From contig JAWXAN010000034.1 in the NCBI GenBank assembly GCA_034439475.1, positions 14,340 to 78,339 of the forward strand: a DNA stretch of 64,000 nucleotides, read 5' to 3'. Below, one piece after another: positions 1-9,889 of the stretch. This stretch comes from Candidatus Zixiibacteriota bacterium (GTDB lineage: Bacteria > Zixibacteria > MSB-5A5 > GN15 > FEB-12). Every line of letters starts with the position of its first letter. Position 1 is the stretch's first letter. The notes beneath the pieces were generated by a model that saw only the letters and a list, made by a program, of their open reading frames with translations, did no database searches and was not told where the DNA came from. Position numbers and translations under genes: made by a program.

Positions 1-1019
1 CATTTGGACATGACACTGTGTCTGCCATAGCTCTCAATCATGCCGTACACAAGGCATTTGATGAAAAACAGATATATCGCATTGATCATTACCTCGGCAA
101 GGAGACTGTTCAAAATATACTCGTCTTTCGTCTCGGTAACTCGATTTTCGAGCCGCTGTGGAATCGACGATATATAGACAATATTCAAATCTCTGTTTCT
201 GAATCTTTGGGTATAGGCTCTCGGGCAGGATATTTTGACAGTTCGGGCATAATTCGGGATATGATCCAGTCGCATATTATGCAGGTGTTCACCCTTATCG
301 CAATGGAACCCCCGGCATCATTTGAGACCAATGCCATTCGTGATGAAAAAGCCAAAGTGCTCAAAGCTGTCCGCTATCTCAAATCCGAAGAAATCAGCAC
401 CCATGTTGTCCGCGGTCAGTATGGCCCCGGTTCGGTCGGCGGAGAGAAGGTCAAAGGGTACCGTGAAGAAAAAGATGTCCCGTCCGTCTCCACGACCGAG
501 ACCTACGTAGCGACGAAAATAACAATCGACAACTGGCGCTGGTCGGGTGTACCGTTTTACATCCGCGCGGGTAAGCGACTTCCCAAACGGGTAACCGAGG
601 TCGCGATTACGTTCAAAGCCCCGCCGCATTTACTTTTTGATCTCTCGGGGTGCGAGAATCTGACGCCCAATGTTCTTCGCCTGCGAATTCAACCACAAGA
701 GGGCATTTCGCTTTCGCTTGGAGCAAAGGTACCCGGGCAGGCTCTGCAAATAGCTCCGGTACGCATGGATTTTATGTACTCTGAATCGTTCGGCGTGGCT
801 TCGCCCGAAGCCTATGAACGCCTCATTCTTGATGCCATCACCGGCGATTCGACATTGTTTGCCCGCGAAGACGAAGTGGATTTGTCATGGAAAATTATCG
901 ACCAAATTACCAAGCATTGGGATAATGCTCCGCTTCATATCTACCCCGCTGGTGAGTGGGGACCGACTGCGGCCGATGAACTTGTTGCCCGCGATGGACG
1001 GAGATGGTTGAGGCTATGA
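1..1019 (+). CDS. zwf: glucose-6-phosphate dehydrogenase, C-terminal ~339 aa (5' end outside window)
   Basis: Frame 3 is open from the window edge and the GTG at 18 is internal. The translation contains the G6PD signature block 'IYRIDHYLGKETVQNI' and the following conserved blocks. Confidence 0.93.
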   Translation, partial: FGHDTVSAIALNHAVHKAFDEKQIYRIDHYLGKETVQNILVFRLGNSIFEPLWNRRYIDNIQISVSESLGIGSRAGYFDSSGIIRDMIQSHIMQVFTLIAMEPPASFETNAIRDEKAKVLKAVRYLKSEEISTHVVRGQYGPGSVGGEKVKGYREEKDVPSVSTTETYVATKITIDNWRWSGVPFYIRAGKRLPKRVTEVAITFKAPPHLLFDLSGCENLTPNVLRLRIQPQEGISLSLGAKVPGQALQIAPVRMDFMYSESFGVASPEAYERLILDAITGDSTLFAREDEVDLSWKIIDQITKHWDNAPLHIYPAGEWGPTAADELVARDGRRWLRL

Positions 1020-2095
1020 ACTCAACACGAATATCCGATGATGATGAAATTCTCGATGGCGGGTATCTGCCAGTCAATGCCGAGCGTATTGAAGCGCGGC
1101 TCAATGAAATATGGCAGAAGACAAATCATCAGGATCGCGAGAACAGACCGATGGTCAAACTCTGTCTGTCCAATGTCATAATTGTTACCGATGCCTTAAA
1201 GCGTCCTGAGGCCGAGAACCTGGCCAATGACCTTGCAAAAATGCAGCCAGCGCGGATACTACTGATCGTTATCGATGAAGTATTGAAGACCTATTGTTCA
1301 TTTGTCCGCACTGCCTGTGCCTTTAACGAAGAGACAGATTCCGTTGTCTGCTGGGAGATTGTAGAAATTCTCTCTGATCCGGCTCGTTCAGACAATATCG
1401 CTGGTGCGGTCCGATCTCTGTTGGTTGATTCGGTTCCAGTGCTGACAGTGGATTGCCGTCTAAGTTCCTCTACACCGCACTTCGATAGCTCAATCGCGAA
1501 TCTCTCGAGTTGTTATTTTTTTGGTAACGACGATGAACGTAATGCTCGATCGACAATTCCTCGCTTGTCTCTCTTATGGTATAAACTGCTGCCAGTCCGT
1601 GAACTTATAAGTACGCTTTTTTCAGCGCGTATGGCGAAAAACCGCGCGACCACACTTTCCAACTGCCGAGTGCTATTTTCGAAGGAATGTAGAGATGAGG
1701 CTTTGCTGCTCTTCGGTTGGATTATTTCGCGGCTCGTTCAATCAGGGGGTGAGGTGCGGGCCTCAATGTCGGTAGAAGTCAGGACGCCTATGGGAGTTTC
1801 GCACATTGATTTCGTTCGCAAGCCCGAAACATCAAATGCCTGTATCGAATTTGATTTCATAGATAGAACATCCGCCAATATCGATCTGTCCAGCGGCGCG
1901 TGGGACAACGAAGACATGCCTCGTGAGTTCTCGTTTGAGATGGACGGCGTCACCTGTCGTCGAGCCTCCAACGAGACAACACTCGGTCGCTATATCATCA
2001 ATGCTTCAAAGCAAAGAGTCGAATTCGAAGAATACGAAACGGCTAACACGGTCATTCGTACCACACTTCATGATATTGATTCGTTTACAGCATAA
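1004..2095 (+). CDS. OpcA-like glucose-6-phosphate dehydrogenase assembly protein (putative)
   Basis: It overlaps the zwf stop; an alternative ATG at 1016 forms an ATGA overlap. The block order '[38 protein letters not shown]' parallels actinobacterial and cyanobacterial OpcA as I remember it. Its position after zwf is the classic one. Confidence 0.6.
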   Translation: MVEAMNSTRISDDDEILDGGYLPVNAERIEARLNEIWQKTNHQDRENRPMVKLCLSNVIIVTDALKRPEAENLANDLAKMQPARILLIVIDEVLKTYCSFVRTACAFNEETDSVVCWEIVEILSDPARSDNIAGAVRSLLVDSVPVLTVDCRLSSSTPHFDSSIANLSSCYFFGNDDERNARSTIPRLSLLWYKLLPVRELISTLFSARMAKNRATTLSNCRVLFSKECRDEALLLFGWIISRLVQSGGEVRASMSVEVRTPMGVSHIDFVRKPETSNACIEFDFIDRTSANIDLSSGAWDNEDMPREFSFEMDGVTCRRASNETTLGRYIINASKQRVEFEEYETANTVIRTTLHDIDSFTA

Positions 2096-2108
2096 ACAAA
2101 ATAAACAA

Positions 2109-2441
2109 ATGGTGAGAGAAATGCTTATTGTTACGACATCGACGCTCGAAGGAAAAAAGATAACCCGCTACCTTGGAATTGTAAGTGGCGAAGCAATCCT
2201 TGGCGCTAATATATTCAAAGATATCTTCGCCGGTATCCGTGATATTGTCGGCGGACGCTCACAGGCATACGAGCAGGAGCTTGCCAAAGCAAAAACAATC
2301 GCAATTGATGAGATGACCACTCAGGCCAGACAACTCGGAGCCAACGCGATTCTTGCCGTGCATCTTGATTACGAGACGATAGGCGGCGGCAACATGCTGA
2401 TGGTTGCGGCTTCAGGTACGGCGGTCGTGATTGAAGGATGA
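2109..2441 (+). CDS. ybjQ: YbjQ/UPF0145 family (heavy-metal-binding-like) protein
   Basis: '[49 protein letters not shown]' is the typical YbjQ family sequence. The track ORF from 1923 is an N-terminal over-extension; the real start is the ATG at 2109 or 2121. Confidence 0.85.
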   Translation: MVREMLIVTTSTLEGKKITRYLGIVSGEAILGANIFKDIFAGIRDIVGGRSQAYEQELAKAKTIAIDEMTTQARQLGANAILAVHLDYETIGGGNMLMVAASGTAVVIEG

Positions 2442-2442
2442 A

Positions 2443-3252
2443 ATGCCAAGGGAGACTGCACTTCAAACATCTTATCATGATTTTTGCCAGATGAACAATG
2501 TAGAGATTAGTATATTCCCGGACAAGCAATCTGTCGGAACCGCCGTGGCGCTCTTTATTATAGAGCGTTTGAAAACCCATGACACAAAAAGGCGTTTCTC
2601 CATTGCCCTATCAGGGGGAAGCACACCGATAGCCATGTATCAAGCGCTACAAAATATCTCCGATGTCGCCGAGCTTATTAGATCAAAAGCTGAATTCTAT
2701 TTCTCCGATGAGCGCGCGGTGGGGGGGAATGACTCGAATTCCAATTATAAAACGGCCAAGGATTATTTATTTAAACCTCTTGGGATTCCAGAGGGAATAA
2801 TCCATAGAGTCAAAGGAGACGCGGCAGATTTAGATTTAGAGGCAAAACGCTACGCGGCGCTTATAAGAGAAAACCATGCAATCGCTCCTGATTCCGTGCC
2901 ATCAGTCGATCTTACTCTTTTAGGCATGGGGGATGACGGACACACCGCTTCTCTGTTTCCGGACTATGATTTTGAATCACCCGAAAATGAAATTATCGTT
3001 GCGCCATGGGTTACATCAAAAAACAGCCAGCGAGTCTCATTCAGCCTGCCGCTTATCAATGCCTCGAAATGTGTATTGTTGCTTGTCACCGGAAAAGACA
3101 AGGCAAATATTGTCAAAGCGGTGTTCGACGAAAAAGATGATGCACGGCGGTTTCCTGTTTCGCGTGTAAATGCCAGACGAGTAGTGTGGATGCTCGATTC
3201 AGCAGCGGCATCTTTGCTTAACCAGTCACAGCGCGGGTCAACCGAATGTTAG
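2443..3252 (+). CDS. pgl: 6-phosphogluconolactonase
   Basis: Motifs 'ALSGGSTP', 'FSDERAV' and 'LLGMGDDGHTASLFP' are present. The track start at 2431 is TTG; the ATG at 2443 follows a GAAGGA RBS and lies just past the ybjQ stop. Confidence 0.9.
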   Translation: MPRETALQTSYHDFCQMNNVEISIFPDKQSVGTAVALFIIERLKTHDTKRRFSIALSGGSTPIAMYQALQNISDVAELIRSKAEFYFSDERAVGGNDSNSNYKTAKDYLFKPLGIPEGIIHRVKGDAADLDLEAKRYAALIRENHAIAPDSVPSVDLTLLGMGDDGHTASLFPDYDFESPENEIIVAPWVTSKNSQRVSFSLPLINASKCVLLLVTGKDKANIVKAVFDEKDDARRFPVSRVNARRVVWMLDSAAASLLNQSQRGSTEC

Positions 3253-4217
3253 AGCGGCTTGCAGGATTTATTGGCGGCGGAATGGTCGAACTTGCCCGGG
3301 TGCGCTCCGAAAACAATGAGATGGTCCTCTATGAGCAGTCCAGCTTCGTCAGCCGCGACTTTTCAAATTTAGAATCTATTCTCCAACTGTACCTCAAAAA
3401 AAGCACCACCAAAATTGATGTTGCATGTTTCGGAGTTGCAGGACCGGTTATCAATAACGAAGTCCGCACCACCGGACTTCGCTGGCTCATCGCTTCGCAA
3501 AACATAGAGTCAAAATTTTCATTTGCGAAAGTTGTGCTTGTGAACGATATCGTTGCTACTGTCCATGGATTATCCCATCTTGGAAGCGACAAATTCTTTC
3601 AGATTAACGCAGGAAAGCCAGTTTCGGGGGGTAATGTTGGCCTTATTGCAGCGGGAAATGGTTTGGGCGAAGCGCTCATATTTCACGAGAACGGTAAATC
3701 GTATCCCCATGCTTCCGAAGGCGGTCACACAGATTTCGCGCCTGCCAACCAGACGGAACATAAGCTGTGGGAATATTTATACGCGAATAACGGAACAGTC
3801 GAGGTCGAGGATGTGGTGAGTTTCAGGGGATTGATTTCAATTTACGAATTCATCCTCGATGACCGGGGAGCCACAAGCGCGGAGTGGTATGAGAATGCCG
3901 ATGACAAAGCCGCGGCAATTATTGAACATGCGATATCGTCAAAAGACCCTCATGCAGAGCGCGCTCTGAGTATTTTCATTGATTGCTACGCCTCCGAGGC
4001 CGCAAACCTTGCGTTGAAAGGAATGACATTGGGCGGCATTTATATCGGCGGCCTCATAGCCCCGCAGATTGTCACGGCCTTGGATACGGCTCAGTTCATG
4101 GAGCGCTTTCGCAAAAAAGGGAAAATGGAATCGCTGCTTGCCGATATTCCAATCGGAATTATCATCGAAGAAAAAACCCCTCTTCTCGGCGCGGCAAGGC
4201 TCGCCTTGTTCTCGTAG
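3246..4217 (+). CDS. glk: glucokinase
   Basis: ROK/glucokinase-like blocks 'LAGFIGGG', 'VACFGVAGPV' and 'LIAAGNGLGEA..ASEGGHTDFAP' are present. It overlaps the pgl stop. Confidence 0.85.
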   Translation: MLERLAGFIGGGMVELARVRSENNEMVLYEQSSFVSRDFSNLESILQLYLKKSTTKIDVACFGVAGPVINNEVRTTGLRWLIASQNIESKFSFAKVVLVNDIVATVHGLSHLGSDKFFQINAGKPVSGGNVGLIAAGNGLGEALIFHENGKSYPHASEGGHTDFAPANQTEHKLWEYLYANNGTVEVEDVVSFRGLISIYEFILDDRGATSAEWYENADDKAAAIIEHAISSKDPHAERALSIFIDCYASEAANLALKGMTLGGIYIGGLIAPQIVTALDTAQFMERFRKKGKMESLLADIPIGIIIEEKTPLLGAARLALFS

Positions 4218-4233
4218 CGCACTCGTTAATTGC

Positions 4234-4914
4234 ATGGCAAATATTAAAAATAGATCCACAAAGCTGAATAGTTGTGTGCTGTGCACTAACGGCGAGTATC
4301 CCGACGGAAACTTTCTATGGTACCGAAAGCTGTGCCGTGGGAAATATGTCGTTGCTGTGGATGGGGGGTATTGGTTTTGTAAAAAGTTGGGAGTTATTCC
4401 TGATCTTTTAATTGGCGATTTTGATTCGATTGTCCCTTTCCCCAAAAGTCTCCCCCAAAAAACGCAAATCTTTCCTCTTCCTCGAGAGAAAGATATGACC
4501 GACACCCATGCGGCTCTTGTTTACTGCCTCAAAAGCGGCACACAGCATATAGATATAATCATGCCCGGTGTGGGCGAGCCTGATCATTTTGTGGCAAATC
4601 TATTTCTTCTGGTTTTATCCGACTCGTTCGGGACAAAAAGAACGCGTCCTTGCATACGATTGGTAAATCCCGGGCATGAAATCGTGTATCTCCGTGATGA
4701 ATCGTATACCATACAGAACGCAATCGGCAATTCTGTCTCAGTTGTCCCGCTTTTGAACACAATTCGTTTGACCAGCACTGGCAGCGCCTATGATGTCAGT
4801 GATCTTCTCGTGAAGAGAGGCGAGACGCGGGCTGTCCGCAATGAGATTAGACGCAAAACGGCTGTGTTCACAGTAAAGGGTCAGGCATTGTTATTTTGTC
4901 ATAGATTCAAATAG
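4234..4914 (+). CDS. thiN: thiamine diphosphokinase
   Basis: Contains 'VVAVDGG..PDLLIGDFDSI' and 'KDMTDTHAAL' (the TPK catalytic motifs GDFDS and KDxTD). The track ORF from 4069 overlaps glk; the ATG at 4234 is the first start after the glk stop. Confidence 0.8.
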   Translation: MANIKNRSTKLNSCVLCTNGEYPDGNFLWYRKLCRGKYVVAVDGGYWFCKKLGVIPDLLIGDFDSIVPFPKSLPQKTQIFPLPREKDMTDTHAALVYCLKSGTQHIDIIMPGVGEPDHFVANLFLLVLSDSFGTKRTRPCIRLVNPGHEIVYLRDESYTIQNAIGNSVSVVPLLNTIRLTSTGSAYDVSDLLVKRGETRAVRNEIRRKTAVFTVKGQALLFCHRFK

Positions 4915-4974
4915 CTTTGGTTCGCGGCTTTGTGTTATTCGCCGTCATAGCGGCACACGCTTGGGCAATGAGGG

Positions 4975-5002
4975 TTGACTTTGGCCTTTGGTTCTTTATA
5001 TT
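4975..5002 (+). promoter_or_regulatory. sigma70-like promoter for tRNA-Gln
   Basis: TTGACT (4975-4980), a 16-nt spacer, then TATATT (4997-5002), about 19 nt upstream of the mature tRNA 5' end. Confidence 0.5.
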
Positions 5003-5020
5003 GGTCGACCCGTTTTTGAT

Positions 5021-5091
5021 TGGGAGATCGTTCAATGGTAGGACATGCGGCTCTGGACCGCAGAATCGGGGTTCGAGTCCCTGTCTCCCAG
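5021..5091 (+). tRNA. tRNA-Gln (anticodon CUG)
   Basis: I folded the cloverleaf by hand. The acceptor is TGGGAGA/TCTCCCA, the D stem GTTC/GGAC, the anticodon stem TGCGG/CCGCA with loop CTCTGGA, the variable loop 4 nt, and the T arm CGGGG-TTCGAGT-CCCTG. The discriminator is G and no CCA is encoded. Confidence 0.93.
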
Positions 5092-5298
5092 TAATAATTC
5101 TGATTTACTACTGTTTACCACCACATCGAATGCCGCATTATATGTGGGATAAGGAGTTAGGTCTTTAATCACATAGTTCGAAAGCACTAATCTCAGTATT
5201 CTCGCTTGTTCCATCGGTTTTTGGGTAACGTAAAGAGCGCAAGCACTTTGTGTAAGTTCTAAGAAGCTCATCGCCTTCGCGACCGAATGGATCAGAGG
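5092..5298 (-). pseudogene. gene fragment: C-terminal tail of a recombinase (large-serine-recombinase-like) running into the tRNA 3' end
   Basis: The minus-strand translation '..LELTQSACALYVTQKPMEQARILRLVLSNYVIKDLTPYPTYNAAFDVV' resembles the conserved C-terminal tail of large 'recombinase family' proteins as I recall it. No catalytic domain lies upstream and an in-frame stop occurs at about 5300. Confidence 0.35.
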
Positions 5299-5599
5299 TC
5301 AAGCGCGGACAGGTGCCGAGCGATTCTTTGAATTGTCTGCAGTGAAGCTTTAGTCAAGCCGCAGAATTAATGCGATACTCAGTGACACGATGGGCATGAT
5401 GCCTCTCACAAAAAGTTTGCGATGAGCTATCCGCCATACAAACAGGAGAAAGCCACTCAGACGGTCTTGGAGCAAGCCGAAATGCTAAGTGAGACGTGGG
5501 CCAATAGTTGTCCGACAGCCTGATTACAAATCAGGTCGACTGCAAGTCCAAAATTGATTTTTGTGACATCGTGTCTGAGCCAAGTTGTTCGAGGATTTT

Positions 5600-5861
5600 G
5601 TAGCGGAAGCCGCCAAAGACTCACACGCTCGCGGATGCGGTTGACGTTTTTTTTTCTTCGATTCGATCTTTAGTCCACTCGGTCTCAAATCAAGCTGACG
5701 TGCCTTCTTTTTTGAGCGTGCTATCGGTACAAAATATGAACTTACTCGCCCAGATTCGGCGATCTCGTTTGTGATCCCCTCATTATCGAACTTGAAATGT
5801 CCAGTTGGCTCCGAGAACGGAGAATTGAGGATAGGGTTGTCTATTGTAACGTCAACCGCAT
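5600..5861 (-). pseudogene. gene fragment: frameshifted N-terminus (~90 aa) of a type III restriction enzyme res-subunit/DEAD-box helicase-like protein
   Basis: The minus strand reads 'VDVTIDNPILNSPFSEPTGHFKFDNEGITNEIAESGRVSSYFVPIARSKKKARQL'. After a frame change near 5690 it reads 'FETEWTKDRIEEKKNVNRIRERVSLWR'. The ATG at 5861 is out of frame, and the remaining ~90% of the protein is absent. Confidence 0.6.
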
Positions 5862-5960
5862 CTTACTCCGCCAGTAAAGATAAGGTGGGCGATTGGACAT
5901 GGCGAGGAGTGTGATATTCGATGTGATAGGTGTGTCTTTGTTCCTGAAGTGTCTTTCCTA

Positions 5961-7076
5961 TTAGAAATAACGAGTTAAAAGAGGTCCAGGGTACAGCGTG
6001 TCGTGCCGGGCGAAAAGCATGAACGCCAAAACGTTTCGGTGCTCACCCTGCGAGAGGTCTTTGTTGCCCGTTTCGGAAAGAATCATTCCTTTTTTGGAAT
6101 CAAATGATTTCAACAAGACTTTCTTGCATCGCTCTACAATCGGGTGATTTTCCTGACCGGTCAAACAGAAGCAGAGGGCAACTTCCACGATAATGTCCGA
6201 AGAAGTCTCTTTCAAAATTTTATCGATACGCGCTTCTAAGCGGTCAGTTACCCATCCATACTCTGCAGAATCAACCGGTTGTTGATAGTATTGACTTGCG
6301 GCAAGAATAATGTGCGTTAATCCGTAAATCTTGTCTGAGTAACGATGCTCATCCAGACGATTGTCGGGCATTCGGTCAAAAACATCTCGAAACACCTCCA
6401 TGTATTCTTTCCTAATGTCGGCGATACCCAAATGTTCGAGGAAGTACACGAAATTCACGGCTTTGGCCGCATAAACACGTATCACGTCGGGATCAAGCAA
6501 GAATTTAGATAAATCGTGCTGACTGATTTTTGCGCGCGCACGGGCCATGAGGGGGCCAACCGTCGACGAATCCAAACCGTAATCGGCCAGCCAGTTCAGC
6601 TGACTTAGGAGTTCAAGGTAGACGAGTTCCTCGTCCCATTTTTTGAACATGGCACGTCGAAGACGGTTTTTTCGCGTATCTCTTTCAAAAGTTTCTGCCT
6701 CTTCAGCAATGCGTCGTGCGAAATAGTGCGGATTGTTCAAAGAATCGACATCTATTTGCACCTTTGCTATGGCGTATTTAGCATGATTGACCAACCATGG
6801 AACGTAAGCTGTGTCACCGGTAGCGCGGTACATGCGCATCGCATAGTGTCGCTGAACGTAAGAACTAAAAGTTGGCAAGGCTTTATCAAAAGTCGCTCTT
6901 ATCTGCTCTGCCATATGTCGATAACGGCTTGTCGCGTCCGGATCCGAAGCAAATGACGGTGCACATATGAAGACAATCAATAAGAATAGAAGAAAACTCA
7001 AACAAAAACGACGAAGCAATCGAGCAAGGCTGGCGTTAGCAGAGTTTACATACGAAACCGTTCTTACGGCGCTCAT
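5961..7076 (-). CDS. hypothetical secreted/membrane-anchored protein (last gene of envelope operon)
   Basis: A 371-aa ORF with an N-terminal hydrophobic anchor or signal ('FLLFLLIVFICAPSFASD'). It has a 4-nt overlap with the upstream gene. I recognised no family with confidence. Confidence 0.6.
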   Translation of the reverse strand: MSAVRTVSYVNSANASLARLLRRFCLSFLLFLLIVFICAPSFASDPDATSRYRHMAEQIRATFDKALPTFSSYVQRHYAMRMYRATGDTAYVPWLVNHAKYAIAKVQIDVDSLNNPHYFARRIAEEAETFERDTRKNRLRRAMFKKWDEELVYLELLSQLNWLADYGLDSSTVGPLMARARAKISQHDLSKFLLDPDVIRVYAAKAVNFVYFLEHLGIADIRKEYMEVFRDVFDRMPDNRLDEHRYSDKIYGLTHIILAASQYYQQPVDSAEYGWVTDRLEARIDKILKETSSDIIVEVALCFCLTGQENHPIVERCKKVLLKSFDSKKGMILSETGNKDLSQGEHRNVLAFMLFARHDTLYPGPLLTRYF

Positions 7077-8158
7077 ATCGTAACCTCAATTCCCATACCT
7101 CCAGTAACGTCATGATAATCGTATAGCCGATAATTGGATACCTTATTGTAGTTTCTGAAGCTTCCGAGCAAGACAATCTTATTCGTTAACGCATAACGGT
7201 GCTCGAATTGGAAATCTGTGTAATAAATATGTACACGTTTGGCACGCCCAATAGAATTGTTCCAGTAATTTGGATAATCCTTATTCTTAAATTCAAACAT
7301 GATTTTTGTTTCATGATACTCGCACAGGTAGAGTTTGAAGGTTGCTGAGTATTGGCGCTGGATATAGCCATAAAAATTTTCGAAATTGTCTTTCCGTAAG
7401 GCATACTCGGCAAAAAGAGATACCTCATTGCGCCCCCAAAAATTAATATACGCTCTTCCCTCAACCACATGTTCTCGAAAGTTCCGAATTTGAAATGGCT
7501 TACCCGCGTAGGGTCCAGAGCGTATAGAATATGTCTTTCGAGCTTGGTAATCTCGATGACCTGAACTGAATTCGGTCAACAGCTTAAGCCAATCGGCAGG
7601 CTGATATTGCGCACTGAGTTTTGCTGTCCAACCGTCGTAATCATATGAAGTTGAACCGCTCTGTTCATCATAATTCAGTCGCTCATAATCGACAGATTGT
7701 CCAAGTTCAAAACGACCCAAGTCCAGACGATGGGACAGTGCCGCTGCATGTTCCCATCTTTTCAATGTTCGTGTCTGAAGTGTGCCAGTGTCGTCTATCA
7801 AGTCCTTATTGCGCCGAGATAAGACAAAATCACCTGACAAACGACCTCTGGACCAATATCTAAACGCTGGCCGATATTGTAGTCCTATAGAACCATGATT
7901 GCGGTTACCGTAGTTGGTATACACATTGTATTCAGCAAACACGTTTGCTCTGTGCATGAATCGATACCCACCCATCTTCCAGCTCACCTTTGCCGATAAG
8001 GCATTCACGTACGCGGACTTCTCGATGGACTTGTCAAAGGCATGATATATGTTCGATTCGTAGAGGCCATTGTACGATCCAAATAGATCCCAGCGTGACC
8101 CTGCGAAAGCGGAATCAACAAGAAAAATCAGGAAGACGAGGAAGAGATAAGGACGCAT
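7073..8158 (-). CDS. putative outer-membrane beta-barrel protein
   Basis: It has a signal peptide ('MRPYLFLVFLIFLVDSAFAG'). It is rich in aromatic residues with an alternating amphipathic pattern and many Y/F/W/N/G residues, typical of OM barrels. Confidence 0.5.
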   Translation of the reverse strand: MRPYLFLVFLIFLVDSAFAGSRWDLFGSYNGLYESNIYHAFDKSIEKSAYVNALSAKVSWKMGGYRFMHRANVFAEYNVYTNYGNRNHGSIGLQYRPAFRYWSRGRLSGDFVLSRRNKDLIDDTGTLQTRTLKRWEHAAALSHRLDLGRFELGQSVDYERLNYDEQSGSTSYDYDGWTAKLSAQYQPADWLKLLTEFSSGHRDYQARKTYSIRSGPYAGKPFQIRNFREHVVEGRAYINFWGRNEVSLFAEYALRKDNFENFYGYIQRQYSATFKLYLCEYHETKIMFEFKNKDYPNYWNNSIGRAKRVHIYYTDFQFEHRYALTNKIVLLGSFRNYNKVSNYRLYDYHDVTGGMGIEVTI

Positions 8159-8170
8159 AATATGGTGTTG

Positions 8171-9889
8171 TTAGTTATTACTCATTAGGCTACGATATTC
8201 ACTGTTAAACTTTTCTGATTCGGGATTTGCTTCGGCTGCCTTTGCGTAAGCAGCCCGAGCCTTATCAAGCAGGTCCAGTTTCACGTAGACTTGGCCGAGC
8301 TTCCAATAAGACTTCCAGTTGTCATTGTCATATTCAATCGCCTTCAGCAAGAGTTGCACGGCTTCAGTCAAATTATTTGACTTCTCTTCTAATATAGCGA
8401 GGTTGTGGTATGCTTTGGCATAGGTGGGTTCTCGTTTAATGGCTTCACGATAATCTGCTTTTGCATCTTCATATTTGCGCAGTTCATTGAAGGCCTTGGC
8501 ACGATTATAGCAAGCTTCAGCCGAGTGAGTCAACACGATTAATCTCGTAAAATACGCAGCTGCAGAATCGAATTGTTCAATCTTCAAGCTCGCCGCGCCC
8601 AGGTTATTTAACCCTTTGGTATTAGCTGGATCCTGATTAACCAATTCAAGATAGACTTTCGCTGCGTCTTCATGTTTCTCCTGCTTAGTACACGCAAGGC
8701 CCAAATTGAAGAGGGCTTTGAGATTTTCTGGGTCGAGCTCAACTACTTTTCGGTAGGCAATTTCCGCCGAGTCATAACGACCCTGATCGTAGTAGAGCTG
8801 CCCAAGGCCAAAATAGGCCTTTGTGTAGTTAGGCTCCGCCACGGTAGCGGCACGATAGTGAGATTTCGCGCTGTCAATCTGATGGACACCCTCCAAGAGG
8901 ATGGCCAAATTGTAGTGCGCTTGCTGATAAACGGGGTCAAGGCTGAGAGCACGTCGATAAGCTTTGATCGCCCGGTCGGGATTTGCTGCTCTGTTACTTG
9001 CTATGGCATAATTGAAGTACGTGCCTGCATCAAGTGAATCGATTGAAAGCGCATTCTCGTACGCTTTCACTGCCTTTTCATACTGCTCCTGCTTGCTATA
9101 GCAGACCCCAAGATTGTTAAATACCTTCGCTTTTCGAAAGCCAAGGGCTATAACCTTCTCAAAGTCTTCGCCTGCCTCTTTGTACTCGCCCGCGTCCATT
9201 CGAATAAGCGCCAAATTGTAACGTGCTTCAATATGACCGGGCTTAAAACGCAATGTCTCCAGATAACTCTTTTCTGCCTCTTTGTCATTATTGAGTCGGT
9301 GATAGAGTACGCCTATATTGTAGTGGGCGGGCGCTGCTTCTCCAGAACCACGTGTTTCGGCAGCTTTCTTGAACCAGGTTAGAGCCTCCTCATTGGCATC
9401 GATTGACATATAGAGTGACGCTAAATTGTATTTCGGTTTATAGTAGTGAGGTCGAATGGCAATTGCCTTCTGGTACGCCTTGGTTGCATCGCCCATTTTT
9501 TTCAGTTTATGAAATGCAAGTCCCAAATTGTACCATGCGCGCGCGTACAGGGTATCTTTTGCTATAGCGCGCTCCAAGTATGAGACAGCCTTTTTGTACT
9601 GTTCTTTGCCTATTAACACAGAGGCAGAGTCGTTATAGGCTACTGCGAACGGGTCCCGACTGCCATCGATTTCCTGATCCGTTTCAGAGTCGGCAGCTGA
9701 GACAGAGTCACCGTCATTCCTTGCTGGTTCTGCTGCTGTTTGCAGTTTTGCAGCCTGTGTTGATGTTTTGCCGTCGACGTGAATTATTTCATGTCGCGAA
9801 TCATCGATTGATCCGCTTTTCGCTATCGCGAAAACTATAACCGCAGATGCAGTTATCCATGCAACCAAATTTGCAACATAGTATTTCAT
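8171..9889 (-). CDS. membrane-anchored tetratricopeptide (TPR) repeat protein
   Basis: It has an N-terminal TM helix followed by more than 12 tandem 34-aa TPR-like units (recurrent 'A..Y.kAl..dP....A.yNLg..y'). Confidence 0.85.
   Translation of the reverse strand: MKYYVANLVAWITASAVIVFAIAKSGSIDDSRHEIIHVDGKTSTQAAKLQTAAEPARNDGDSVSAADSETDQEIDGSRDPFAVAYNDSASVLIGKEQYKKAVSYLERAIAKDTLYARAWYNLGLAFHKLKKMGDATKAYQKAIAIRPHYYKPKYNLASLYMSIDANEEALTWFKKAAETRGSGEAAPAHYNIGVLYHRLNNDKEAEKSYLETLRFKPGHIEARYNLALIRMDAGEYKEAGEDFEKVIALGFRKAKVFNNLGVCYSKQEQYEKAVKAYENALSIDSLDAGTYFNYAIASNRAANPDRAIKAYRRALSLDPVYQQAHYNLAILLEGVHQIDSAKSHYRAATVAEPNYTKAYFGLGQLYYDQGRYDSAEIAYRKVVELDPENLKALFNLGLACTKQEKHEDAAKVYLELVNQDPANTKGLNNLGAASLKIEQFDSAAAYFTRLIVLTHSAEACYNRAKAFNELRKYEDAKADYREAIKREPTYAKAYHNLAILEEKSNNLTEAVQLLLKAIEYDNDNWKSYWKLGQVYVKLDLLDKARAAYAKAAEANPESEKFNSEYRSLMSNN

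Noticed and set aside
4917-5271. Track ORFs 4917-5168 (+) and 5032-5271 (-) spanning the tRNA-Gln gene
   Set aside because: Both read through a well-folded tRNA gene. The plus-strand ORF has no support. The minus-strand ORF is kept only as a recombinase-tail pseudogene fragment, not as a live CDS.
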